Assembly (NCBI GenBank): GCA_965112735.1
Contig: OZ218963.1
Coordinates: forward strand, 2,170,001-2,234,000
Reading direction: 5' to 3'
Length of the DNA stretch: 64,000 nt
Origin: Phaeosaccion multiseriatum
Lineage: Eukaryota > Protista > Ochrophyta, other classes
This document shows positions 14,441 through 26,800 of this stretch, one piece after another. The notes under the pieces were generated by a model, which did not search any database, was not told the origin of the DNA, and was given only the letters and a program-made list of their open reading frames with translations. How positions within the stretch are numbered: the first letter of the stretch is position 1; each line of letters begins with the position of its first letter. The translations under genes and the position numbers were made by a program.

Positions 14441-15891
14441 ATGGGAGGTGTTGCAAGCTCGGTGTGTGGCCATGGCGGATCGGGGGAGGACGAATTTCTG
14501 TGGGAGGAAAAGAAGAAGATCTTCGAGGATCGACTTGCCTTCTTCGGAGGATGGACTGTACGCGATGCCGAGCGCCTCCTCGAAAGGTGAGGTTGTGATA
14601 ATATGTGGATATAGTTAGGGCCAGAAGGTATCGGGGTCAAGGGCCACAGGCCTGCTACACAACCTATTTTTTTTTTGTCAACCTCCTCCCTCTCTCTTCC
14701 TGTTGACGCTCTCTTGCTGATTGGATGGGAGGGCCGCAGGTATCGTCTGCTTGGGAAATTTGAAGCCACTCAGGACGTCTCGGCTCAGGCAATGGCAGCG
14801 GCAAGCAGGGAGAATGACTCCAGCGAAGGTAGACGCTGCGGAGACAGAGAGAGGGGAAGAGGATGGGGTTAGTGATGTGGGTGGGGTGGCCTCAGGGGAG
14901 ATCCCTCTGATAGCATGCGGATAGAATGCGGCGGCTTTAGGTAGCTCTTGCTTGTATCGCTCTTGTTCGTTCTACTGCGCTGATACCTCGCTCTCCCTCT
15001 GTCTGCCTGATGTACAAAAGAGCGTCTGAGGAGTCGCGCGGGTGGGCTGGAGTCGGGCTGGGAAGTGGGCGAGCTTCTCCCCCAGGTAAGGAACGGGTAA
15101 AGGGCTTCGGGAGAGGGGGCAGGGAACATGAATCACGTTGAATGGAACGACTCACATCCTCTCGCCCCATCCGTTCCTGCCCCATTCCCCCCCACCCCAA
15201 AGGAGTTTTCCTTCGTCAAGACAGACTGGAGTCAGTTCTTCTCTCTGGTTCTGGAGGTGGAAGAGGAGCGCAAGCAGGAGAAAAGGGAGGCTGCAAGATG
15301 GCACGACTCCACCAGAGGATTCGCTATGCATGCAGATCAGGTCAGACCACTCACTTACTCACTCACTTCTCACTCCCTCCCTCCCTCCCTCCCTCCCTCC
15401 CTCCCTCCCTCACTCACTCACTCACTCACTCACTCACTCACTCACTCACTCACTCACTCACTCACTCACTCACTCACCCACTCACTCACCAAGGAGGAAT
15501 GAGGGACTGACGGTGATCTGTGGTGGGGTGTGCCTGCTCAATCAATTTTTAATAAATATTTGGACGTCTCGGCAAGGCGTATCACATCTCCTCTCGCCGG
15601 ATGTTGTGCTCCGTGTGTGTTGCTGATGTGTACACCCACCCCCACGCTCTTTGAAAAGAAGTGGATCTCACCGCTTCTTCTGTACCAAAGGAAACAAAGG
15701 TCGGCTCATTCAATCAATCAATACGCTTTGTGAATTGATGCATACCCTTGCCGTTCGTTCCTTCCCATCCGACGAAAGGTCAAGCGTGTGGAGATGGAGC
15801 AGTGGATGCACGGCACTGGATACAAGCACCAGTGGTATGAGATCGATCGCCACACGGACGATGAGGCCTCTGAAGAAGAGGAAGAGGAGGG

Positions 15892-15933
<42 letters not shown>

Positions 15934-18900
15934 CGGCGATGACGACCAACAGGAGGTAAAGTTGAGGCATGCAGGAGAGACAGACAGCAAAGCACGCAAG
16001 AAGGTGTGGTTGGTTGGGACACGGGAAGCAGACAACGAAGGAAATCATGGCTGATCATGTGTATTGCCGGCTTTGAAATTGACCCCCCCCCCCCCCTACA
16101 TCCGCATCTGTGTGCATCCATACGTGTGATGTCCCTCTACAACAGGCTAGCGCGATGCGGGGGGCTCATTCCAAACGACAGCAGCAGGAGGAGAGAGAGC
16201 GTGAGGCAGAGGCGGAGAAGAGTCAGGCAAGTGAACGCCCCCCAACTGGGGAGTGAGGGAATCGACCTGGGGCGGGGAAGGACGGGCCGCTTCACGTTAC
16301 GCTATAGCTTGATAGTCAGCCACAGAGGAGGAGGATCCCCCCTCGGTATTGAAAGGCAGGATGTAGACCTTTCCCCCTCCGATTTTATACATGCTCAGGG
16401 TGCTGTGGCCCTCTCTTTTGGGCCTCTCGTTCTTTTCGGGCTTCTCAGTACTATTATTGGGCCTCTACAACCCCACACCCCCCACCTTCTCCTCCCTCTC
16501 TCCCATTTCTTCCTTTTTGTCTTTCTCTCTCTCTCTCTGTCTGTCTCTCTCTCTCTTCGTTCTTCGTTCCGTGCGCGCAGTCTTTTCGTCGCCCTCCCCC
16601 ATCCTGTGATCCTTCCTGTGTGTCCCCGGTTTTCTTCGGGTATTCCTTCATCAAAGAGAAGCAAGTCAAGGAGCGAGCGCAGAGGGAGGCCCGGGAGAAG
16701 CAAGACCGCGAGAGCCAGGTGCGTGGGTGCGTGGGTGCGTGGGTGCGTAGCGTGGCGTGCGGCTCGTCCTCTTCCCGGCGGGGAATGGCAGAAGGAAGGG
16801 GTTTTGCTTGGTTGCTTGCTTTGTTGTGTCGGATTTTTTTTGGTCACTAAGTGTGACCTTCCTCCTCTCTCCGCCCCTCCCTCCCTCCCTCCCCCCGACG
16901 ACTCTATTGCCGCACACACAGGTGGTCCGCACGGTTAGGGCCCGTATCAAGGCTAAGCTCGAAAAGCTTAAAGTGTGAGTGCGTGTGATTCTGAATCTTG
17001 AGTGTTAAGAGTGAGCGTTTCTTTTCTCTCCGTACTCCATGCCTCCATCTCTTCTACCTCTCCTCCGTGCCCATTCTCACCAACCTCTTCCACGCGTAGT
17101 TCTTAGGTTGATTCCTGTAATATATTTCCCCCTTCCACCCTACCTCACCTGCCCTTCCACCCCCTCCTTGCTCTGTGCATCCTCAGAGACGCCGGTGCCC
17201 GTCGAGAGGCCCGACGCTCGAAGCTGGAGCAGACCAGGAACGAGCAACGCGTAGCCAAGGCCAGGAGGAAACAGGACCTTGACATGGCGAGAAAGGTCAG
17301 GCAGGAGGTGGCAGATGATGGAAGATGGTGGCAGATGGCATGGCAGATGGTGGTTGGCACGGGATACACGGGATACAGCCGCGGCCCTCTGAATTTAGAG
17401 GAGTATGGGTATTTGAGAGGGATCACTGCCTGGGCATAGTGAGAATGCCTCAATGCAGGGGCATGCAGGCAGACCTTCATAGCGGGGTAGCGGCGGGCAG
17501 CACATTGCAAGCCCTCACAACTGTCCTCAGAGAAAGAATGTGTGGTGTGCAGCTTACAGCTATCTATCCATCTATCCATCCATCTATCTGTCTTTCTATC
17601 TATCTATCTATCATCTATCTATCATCTATCTATCTATCTATCGTGCTTAACATCCATGTCGTCCTACGCTCACAGTCTATGTTGTCGATCCTGCTGAACA
17701 TTTCTTTCTGTCCATCTGTCTATCGTGCGGAACATGTCTGTCGTACCGTGGTCTCAGGTGATGCCTCCCAGCGAGTTTCGTGACGTGGAGCGCCAGTGGG
17801 AGGCAGACGAGGCGGCAGTGAAGCTTGCTCAGAGGTATACCATACCACCCCTTTCTCAGCCTCAGCAGTCCCCCATCTCTCTCTCTGCCTTTCAACTCCT
17901 CTCGACACTCTCCATATCGGCTTATCAGCTGCCCTTCCCCCTCGCTCTGCCCTTTTGCCTGCACCCCCTCACTATCGCCTCAACCCCTCCTCTGAGCGCT
18001 TCACTCTTCTCAAGTCTCGTCTTCTCCCCTACTCTCACGCCTCCTTCGCTCGGCCTCTTTCTACCTGCGTATTGCATTGCAGTAATACAAAGTTCAGAAC
18101 CACATCCCACTCCCCTTGCTTACTCATTCCCTCTCTCCCCTCGCTCCCCTCCCCACTCTCTTGTTCCAAACATTGTCTCTCTCTCTCCTCGCTCCCCTGC
18201 CCCTCCCCTCCATTCGCTCGCCTGCGGCACTGCTATGGAAGGGCCGAGCTGGTAGAGCGTAAGAAGAAGTTCGCACACCTCAACCGAGAGGACACCGACG
18301 AAGTCAACGCCTTCGAGCAAGCAGTAGACGAGTGGGATCGAGTAGGTAGGATGGGGTGAGGTTGGATGGGTTGCGATAGGTGGTGAACATCTCACAATGC
18401 AGCCCTGAACATCGACAGCTTAAACGGAGAGGGACAGAGTTTGAGAGTCGTCATTGTGTTGGAATCGAAGGCTCCTCTCCTCTCCTCTCCTCTCCTCTCC
18501 TCTCCTCTTCATGGCGACTATGTCCTCGATCCTCTTTCTCTTTGTTTGTGCATGTGGCTCTCTCTTCCTCCCAATTCTTCTCTCCTCCTCATTGTGCAAC
18601 CTCGTCGCTTCGTCTTTCTCTTTTGCTTTGTCGTCGGACAGAGAGCACCTCCGGGCCACGGGGGGCGGATTTGGAGCGCATTTCGCGCCAAATGGTGTGG
18701 ACAGTAGTGGAGGCGATGGCTGTGGCGGGGGACGAGCTCGAGGACACACAGGCACAGGTGCGGTGCGTGGGTGCGTGCGTGGGTGCGTGCGTGGGTGGCT
18801 GCGTGCGTGAGTGTGTGCGGGGGCGGGGCAGGGAAACGGGGCAGGGGCGAGAGGGGGAGGGAGGGTAAGGGAACAAACCTTTCTTCGAAGGGGAGGGGCG

Positions 18901-20395
18901 TTTGAAGGACATCGAAGAGGCGAGGCGGGGCCTCTGTAATAAGTATTAATAAGTAACCAAGCTCTGCTCTGTCAAGTCCATCTCCTCATCGCTATCGTGT
19001 TTGTCGCTCACCCAACAATGCCTCCCTCTCTCTCTCTCTCCCCTCTCTCTCTCTCTCTCTCTCTCTCCCTCTCTCTCTCTCGTGTAGTTGGTGGCCGGCC
19101 AGGAGGAGATGAGAAGAGAGGCAGGGGCAGGGGGGGGGGGCGTGCAAGTCAAGTCTGCCATCAATGCCTTGGAGGGACAAGTCCGAGCCAAGGAGAGAAA
19201 GGTAAGCGCTGAGTAGGTGGAGGGAGGGAGGGAGGGAGAGAGTATAGCTAGTACTCCCCTGTCTTGGCAATAGCCTCCCTGTGTACCCAGTTCTGCGTCC
19301 CTACTGCTTTCACATCTTGTCTCTTCGGTGCCCCGTACGCCTTTAAATGCTCCCATCAGCTTTAACTGACAGTCTGACACTACATCCGGCCCGATCCTTC
19401 CTACTCCCTACATACTGACCAAACCCTAATTTCACCCCTGATTCTCCACCACATACATACATACATACATACATACATACACATACACATACACACATAC
19501 ATACATGCATACATACATACATGCATACATACATACATACATACATACATACATACTTCACACGTACGTACATACATATATATACGTATGCTCACTTCCT
19601 TTTGCATGAATGGCCCGATCTTTTGTTTGCAGCTGGAAGACCTCCTGATAGAGCTGGGGGAGGCAGAGGTCCTGTTGCTGCGCGCGGAGAAGATTCGCGC
19701 AGAGGAGGACCTGATCATACCCCTCTATGCTCCGCTGGCGGCGGGTATGAGGGGCCAGGCGAGAGGGGCGGACCTTCCACCGTCAAGTGAGGGAGGAAGG
19801 AGGAGAGAGGGAAGAGGGGACAAGTGCGAGAGGAGAGAGCAAAGAGGGGATTTGCAGGAGGCGATGGTAGTAGTAGTAGTAGTTGTGGTGGTGGTGTTGA
19901 TGATGCTGCTGGTGGTGGTGGTGGTGGTGGTGGTGGTATTGTTGATGTTGCTGTTGCTGTTCTTATTCTTGTTTCTCTTCTCGGTCTCCTCGTTCTCATT
20001 CTCCGTCTCGTCCTGTGTGTCGTTCATGATACCCCCCCCCCCCAACGCACACAGGTCCTCCTGGTCCAGGGGCCTTCACCGCTCCCTTATTCGACTTGTT
20101 AACTGCTGTCGGAACGGTGGCGGAGGACCGAATGTGGGAGAAGCTCAGCTTCCTCATGACGCTCTTCGACGTCAACGACAACAAGTTTATGGATAAGGAG
20201 GAGGTGAGAGAGAAGGAAGGAAAGGGAAGGGAAGGGACGGGGGGAGGCAAGGGGGGGCTCTCCTGTTTTTTCGAGACAGATAGGTAGATAGGTAGACAGA
20301 CAGACAGATAAGACAGAAAGATGGGTAGATAGATGGATATATAGACAGATAGACAGACAGACGGATAATACAGATCGACAGATAGATAGACAGCC

Positions 20396-20450
<55 letters not shown>

Positions 20451-22424
20451 AAATACAGATAAACAGATATACACGTAGAACCTCTCAGCAGAACAGTACC
20501 AAACACGGCACAACCGCCTATCCCTGCCTGTCTGCATACTGTTGCTGAACTGTTGTTGTATTGTTGTTGTTTGAATCCTCTCTCGACATGCTGTTATGTC
20601 CACCCCCCCCTTCCCTGCCCCTGCTGTCCCGAATGAACCCTTTTCCGTAACCGTAGCCTCTTTTGTTCGTTCCTCTCTGCCCTCCCTTCCTGCTCTATCT
20701 AAAAAAGATTTGCATCCAAATGGAGACACTTGCTCGTGTGCTGACCCTGCTGGGGATGGTAGATATGCCCACTTCCTACGAGGAGGTGGAGAGCGTGGTG
20801 CTGAGAGCTTTCATGGAGCACCGCCTCGACCATCGGAAGGTACGAGGGAAGAGGGGAGGTGGGAGGATGCGTAGTAGGATGAGTAGTAGGATAGAGGGAG
20901 ATGGAGAGTGGATCGAAGCATGAGTAGCAAGTAGGATGAGTCATGTCGTTTTTGTCGTGATGTACATACCCCCAAAGTCTAGTCTGGTGGTGTGCATATA
21001 ACCAAGAGAAAATGTTTTGTTTTCGGTTTGCTTGTTTGTCTGCCCCGCCCTCCTAATTCCACCTCTGTGTCGCCTCCTTCCTCCTTCCTGCCTTACGTTT
21101 TTGTAGGGCATGACAACCTTTGAGCTTCGCAAGTGGCTTGCCACCATTGCCTCCCGAAGCCGTCCGCTTAGTGAAGTGTTCGGCGCTGACTGGAGCTACG
21201 GCCAAATGAGTACGGTCATGCGCTTGGCCATGGGGCCAGTGCATCAGATGGAGATGGGGTGAGTCATACTCATCTATACAGTGGCATTGATTGCACTTGG
21301 GGAGAGGCGTATGGGCAGGCGTGTGGGTAGGTATATGGGTAGGCATATGGGCGCGCATATAGGCGTATGGGCAGGTGGGGCCGGTGTATGAGATGGAAAT
21401 GGGGTGAGAGCTCTAGTCATGTCATACGAGTTATGTGGCATTCATGGCATTTTAGCAGGATTTTGGGTAGGAATATGGGTAGGCATGTAGGCAGGCACGT
21501 AGGCAAGGCGTGTGGGCGGACGCATAGGTAGGTGTATGGGTAGATGGGACATCGATTGCACGTGGGCAGGCAAATGACGGGGGGGGAGGGGGGCGAGGCG
21601 GCGAAGCTTCCATCCAAGGCGAGGATAGGCTGACGAGGGGAGCATAAGGAGGAAAGGAGTTTGAATATGTGTGTGTGGGGCCTTGTTGGAACTGCTGCAT
21701 TGATGGATGTGGTTGTTACGCCCCTGGGCAGGCATATGGGCAGGCACACATGTCGCCCCGCGCGCTTTGCTGGGCAACCCTCCTGCCCCCCCCGCTTGAG
21801 TCTTTTACACACACCCACCCACTCGGCTGAATACCAACATACCCGAATGAATCCGCACCGAATGCCACAGGATGATATCTATGGTCGATCTTAAGTATAT
21901 GGCCGCGCGAGACGCCATTGCCTTCAAACCGCAGCTGAAGAGCGAGGAGAAACAGCTGGTGAGGGGGAGAGGAAGGGAGAGAGGGAGAGAGGGAAAAAAA
22001 TGGTGGGAGGGGGAGGGAGAGGAAGGGGAAGGAGGGAATGAGATCGTAGGAGGGAGTGGGAGATGAAGGGGGAAGAAGGAGAGAGATCGTGGGAGTGAGC
22101 GAGGGAAACTCTAGATGAGTCTTGCCTTTTTGGAGAAGAGAGAAGGAAAACTTTCCATTCTGGTGCGCTTCTGCTTCGCTCCTCTATGCCCCGTTGTTAC
22201 GACTCAAATTTCGACTTTTAACAATTGATACTCACTTGCTTCACCCCCGGCCCCCTTCCTCCTCCTCCCTGCTCCTGCCGCAGATACACGATCGAGCGAT
22301 GTCACTGGGCGATGATGACCCCCTCAAGGCGGACTACTCCAAGTTCCTGGCCAAGAGGACGAGCACGCTTAACTCAGACTCCATTCCCCTCAAGCACGGA
22401 AACCTGGAGAACTATTGTACATGG

Positions 22425-22465
<41 letters not shown>

Positions 22466-23830
22466 TGGTGTGTGCGTGCGTGTGTCTGTCTGTGTGTATG
22501 TGTGTGCGTTCTTGTGTGTATGTGTGTGTGTGCGTGTGTGTCTTGTGTATATGGGATATCTTCTTCTTCAACTCTCACAACTCCAACGCGTCAGTCAACT
22601 TCCTCTTGACTCCTTCGTCTTCATCGCTATCTATGGGGAGTGCGAGCGCGCTAATTACCACCTCCAATCACATGCACACGCACGCAACCATATGCTTCTA
22701 AACCCCACGCACACATCAAATGCATGTCTGCCATGTACACCGCCTCTGAATGCCTACAGGGACCTCACAATGGAGCGTGTGGCTGTGAAGCTCCAGAACA
22801 TGTACAGAGGAAAGCTCGCGAGAAAGGCAGCGGAAAAAGTCGCCACCCGCCAAGCCTTCTTCGCCGCGAGGTGTGTGTGGGTCCGATCGGTCTGGTCTGT
22901 CCTGACACATCTGATTGACGGCCTGGTCTGTCCTAACCCCTCTGATGGATGGCCTGGTCTGTCCTGACACCTCTGATGGATGGCCTGGTCTGTTCTGACA
23001 CCTCTGATTGACGGTCTCGTCTGTCCTAGCACCTCTGATGGATGGCCTGGTCTGTTTTGACACCTCTGATTGACGGTCTCGTCTGTCCTGGCACCTCTGA
23101 TGGATGGCCTGGTCTGTTCTGACACCTCTCATGGGTGCCGATGTCGATGTCGAGCCTTGTGTTGTGTTGTGTTGTGTTGTGTTGTGCCCTCTTGAAGGGC
23201 TCTCCTCGTCACTGCCCAGGCGCTGCTCTATCTGTGCCGAGTCCTTCCTTCTGCGAACCTTTTTTTCTTCACAAGAGCTCCCTCTTTGTGTGTGTGCGTG
23301 TGTGTGTGCGTGTGCGTTTTTCGATAAAGTGTGTCTCCAAGGTTCAGCAACCAACACCCCCCTTAACCCTTTCTTGTCGATTGATTGAATACACAATCAA
23401 TCCAACGGTACAGAGATGTGGCGCAAATGGATGCACGCACTCGACTTGAGGCGGAATTTCGGGCCAAAGAGGCGGAGACGGGTGTGAACAGAATGAAGTG
23501 GGATGCTAAGGTGAGGGCGGGGGGGGCGGCGGAAGGAACGGGATGGACTCACTCGTGGCGACGGTGCTGGTGCATACACACACACGCACATCATCATCAT
23601 CCCCTCCCCTCTCTTCCATCCCCTCCTCTCTCTCCCCTCCCCCCCCTCCTCTCCTCTCACTCCCCTCTCTCCCCTCCCCTCCCCTCCCCTCCTCTCTCTC
23701 CCCTCCCTTCCTCTTTCTCCCCTCTCCCCCCCCCCCCTCCCACCCATCTCTCATTGTCGTTGTCTCGTTGGTCACCCCTCTCCGGCTACTGCCTCTGTGT
23801 GCCTGTCTGGTCTTTGATTGTTTATCTGCC

Positions 23831-23863
<33 letters not shown>

Positions 23864-26800
23864 GCCTGTCCGCCTGCCTGCCTGTCTGCCTGTCTGTCTG
23901 TCTACCTGCCTCTCTGTCTGTCTGACTGCCTGTCTGTCTGTTTGTCTGCCTGTCTGTCGCCATGCGGTGTTAGGTGCGGATGAGGCAAGCCAAGATGCGC
24001 TCTGCGGGAGACTTCAGAGACAGAGACGCCACGATTAGAACCATGATGGAAGGTGAGGGGGGGGGAGGGGCATCTCTCTGTCAGCTGTCAGCTCTACATT
24101 GCTCTCTGAACTCCTTGCTACTCCCACCCTCCGCTAGACTGTGTCACACATTTTTGCCCCCCCCCCCCCCCTCCTCTCAGAGAGTGTCACCGCTGCACAG
24201 GAAGGGGTGGCAGCCCGCTTCGAGGAGATTGCCAGGGAGAGAGGCTTCCTCGACGAGCCGCAGGAGGGCAAGAAGCCCCCGGCCAAGAGAGGAAAGGGGG
24301 CGCACAAGGGGCCCAGAGAGCCGCAGACAGAGGAAGTCAAGTGAGTGAGACACACGTGCCATAGTACAGTGCTGGAACCTGAAGATGCCTCACTGTTTCA
24401 CTGTCTCACTGCCTCGATGCCTATGTGTGCCTGCCCCTCTGTGTGCCGATGAGAACAGCGACGGGTTGGATGAGTTCTCTTCTCTGTCGAGCACCGTCCA
24501 AGCGCAGGCCTTGAGCACGGCGAGTCAGAAGGAGAAACTCGCCATGAACATCATGAAGAAGGACCTCGGAAACCTCAAGAATATGCTCATGGGAAGGTAA
24601 CGCACACGCACACACACACATACACAGGCACATGCACACGCGCACACGCACAACACTCGCACATGCACACAAACACAAACATACATTTAAATGACATGAT
24701 GTGGAGAATAGAGAGCCAACAAGGAGCCTACGATGGGTCCAGAGGCACCCCCTCCCCCCCCCTCCCCCCCCTTCCAAAGTCAAGTCACGGAGTTGTATTC
24801 AGTGCAGCTCAACAATCAAAAGAGCCCAAAGCTCACGCACTAGCAACCCATACTAAGCACCGTTTGTATCGCCCCTTCTCCTCGCATCCACGTGCTGTAA
24901 TTCTGCTGCTCCTGCTGCTACTGTATCACCAACTGCTCCGGTTCAGGGATGTCCTCGTGGACATTGTTGGCCCTCTCTCGACCGCGCGGAAGGACGACGC
25001 CGCTGGAGCCGTAGCTGGGACAAAGCGCAAGCGGGTGGAGGAGGTATGTTCCTTCCAGCTTGCTTGCTTGCTTTCCTTCCTTCTTTCTTTCTTTCTTATC
25101 CTTGTCATATCAGACGGCCTGCCCCCTCTTTCCCTTTTGTCATTCCGCTCTTGCATGTGTGTGAATGAAGGAACGAAACTTCTCGCTCATCTTTCTCTCC
25201 CTCTCTCTCTACCTTGGCTCGCTCTCTGAACTTGCGCGCAAAGGAGTCTGTGGCAATCAACCTCACAGCCGCTCGAGAGTCCCTCATGAGTCTGGGTCTC
25301 TTCCCTCCCGAGCTCTACAGCCACGCTGGAGAGACCAAAAGGGAGCGCTCCACTCGCATGCGATTGCGCTCTGCTGATCCGCCCTACCAGGCCTTGTACA
25401 AGAGGATCACAAATTGGGATCCCGCGCTGACCAAGGTTAAGGTCGAGGTGAGTGCGGGCATGGGGGTGGGAGGGTAGGGGGAGGGCTTCAAAAGAAGAGA
25501 GAGAGAGGACTGTGTCACGGGGGGCCGCGGGAGGTAGGCTGCCCTCTGGCTCCTCTTTTGTCTACTCTCTCAGTGTACTCTCTCGTCTACTCTCTCTACT
25601 GGGCTTTCATGTTTGCCTTTTGCAAAGGGCAGCATGTTGTTGCCGTGATTGATTGACGGTGCTCTCCCGCCTTTGCCCTTGTCTCTTTGGGCTTGTTTCC
25701 ACTTCGACGCAAACGGTGGGCCACGAATGCCCCCATCTCTCTCTCTGCATGTGTGTGCGTGTGTGCGTGTGTGCGTGCGTGCAGGAGCTCTTGCTGGAGC
25801 TGCCGTCCAAGCGATTGCTCATGAGCTACGTGCAGGGCTTTCTGGACAGAGCGCACCCCCCGGGGAGCATGACCGATCTGTTGCATGACTTGCGGGTACG
25901 TTGGTTGTAATCGTCTCGTCTCACCAGTCCTTATGTCTGAACCAGCCTCTGCCGTCCGTCTCGTCTGATCCTCTGAACCCCCGCCTTTATTGTTTGCATC
26001 CTTACTTGTCTTTATGTGTCCATATCCCACATTGGCCGGTGCTGTTGTCGTGCTTAGTAAAAGCCGCCCTCTCCACCCCACCCCCCTCCTCCTCCTCCTC
26101 CTCCTCCTCCTCCTCCTCCTCCTCCTCCTCCTTAAAAGGACCATTTTGGGATAGTGCGAAGCGCGGACAAGCTTGCCGAATATCTCGTCAACGTTCTTCA
26201 GTCCGACGTTGAGTTCGGCATTGTCCGTCAGAGTCTGGAAGAGCTGCAGGTGAGAGAAAATGGCAACGAAGAAAGGCTTGTTGAGTAGCAGCTTCTCTTT
26301 CTCACCATCTTCGATCTGCTTTGTCTCATTTATCTATTCCATCCACCTTCCCACCCACCCATCCACCCATCCATCCATCCACCCATCCACCCATCCACCT
26401 ATCCACCCACCCATCCATCCATCCTTCCATCCCTCCCTCCGGTGCCATCCCCCCCCCCCCCTCTCCCCACCAGGGCCAGCAAGTAGTGGTGCTGAGGCGT
26501 CTGGTGCATGAGGAAGCAGAGGCAGGGAGGGAAGAAGCTCGGAAGGACTATGCAAGAATAGAGACCCTGGCGGCTGTACAAAAGGTTTCTGTGAAGGACA
26601 TGGAGATGCAGCAGGTGGAGAAGCACAAGGAGGAAGTGGAAAAGAGAGAAAAGAGTATAGCGGGTAAGTAAGTGGAGGAGAAGATGGAGATGGGGCAGAT
26701 CAATTCGAGGGGTGGTGGGGTAGGGTAGTGGTGACGTTGTGTGGTGTGAGGAAGGGCACATACCGCCTTTCCCTCTCCTCCTCGGTCCCTTTTGTCCGGG

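Noticed and set aside
16224-16236. Possible GC-AG introns (CAG|GCAAGT at ~16227; CAG|GCGGGT at ~33814)
   Set aside because: In both cases a nearby canonical GT donor with an alternative AG also keeps the frame; undecidable without cDNA.
22889-23130. CRISPR-like 31-bp repeats
   Set aside because: Head-to-tail units without unique spacers, inside a spliceosomal intron, and no cas genes nearby.
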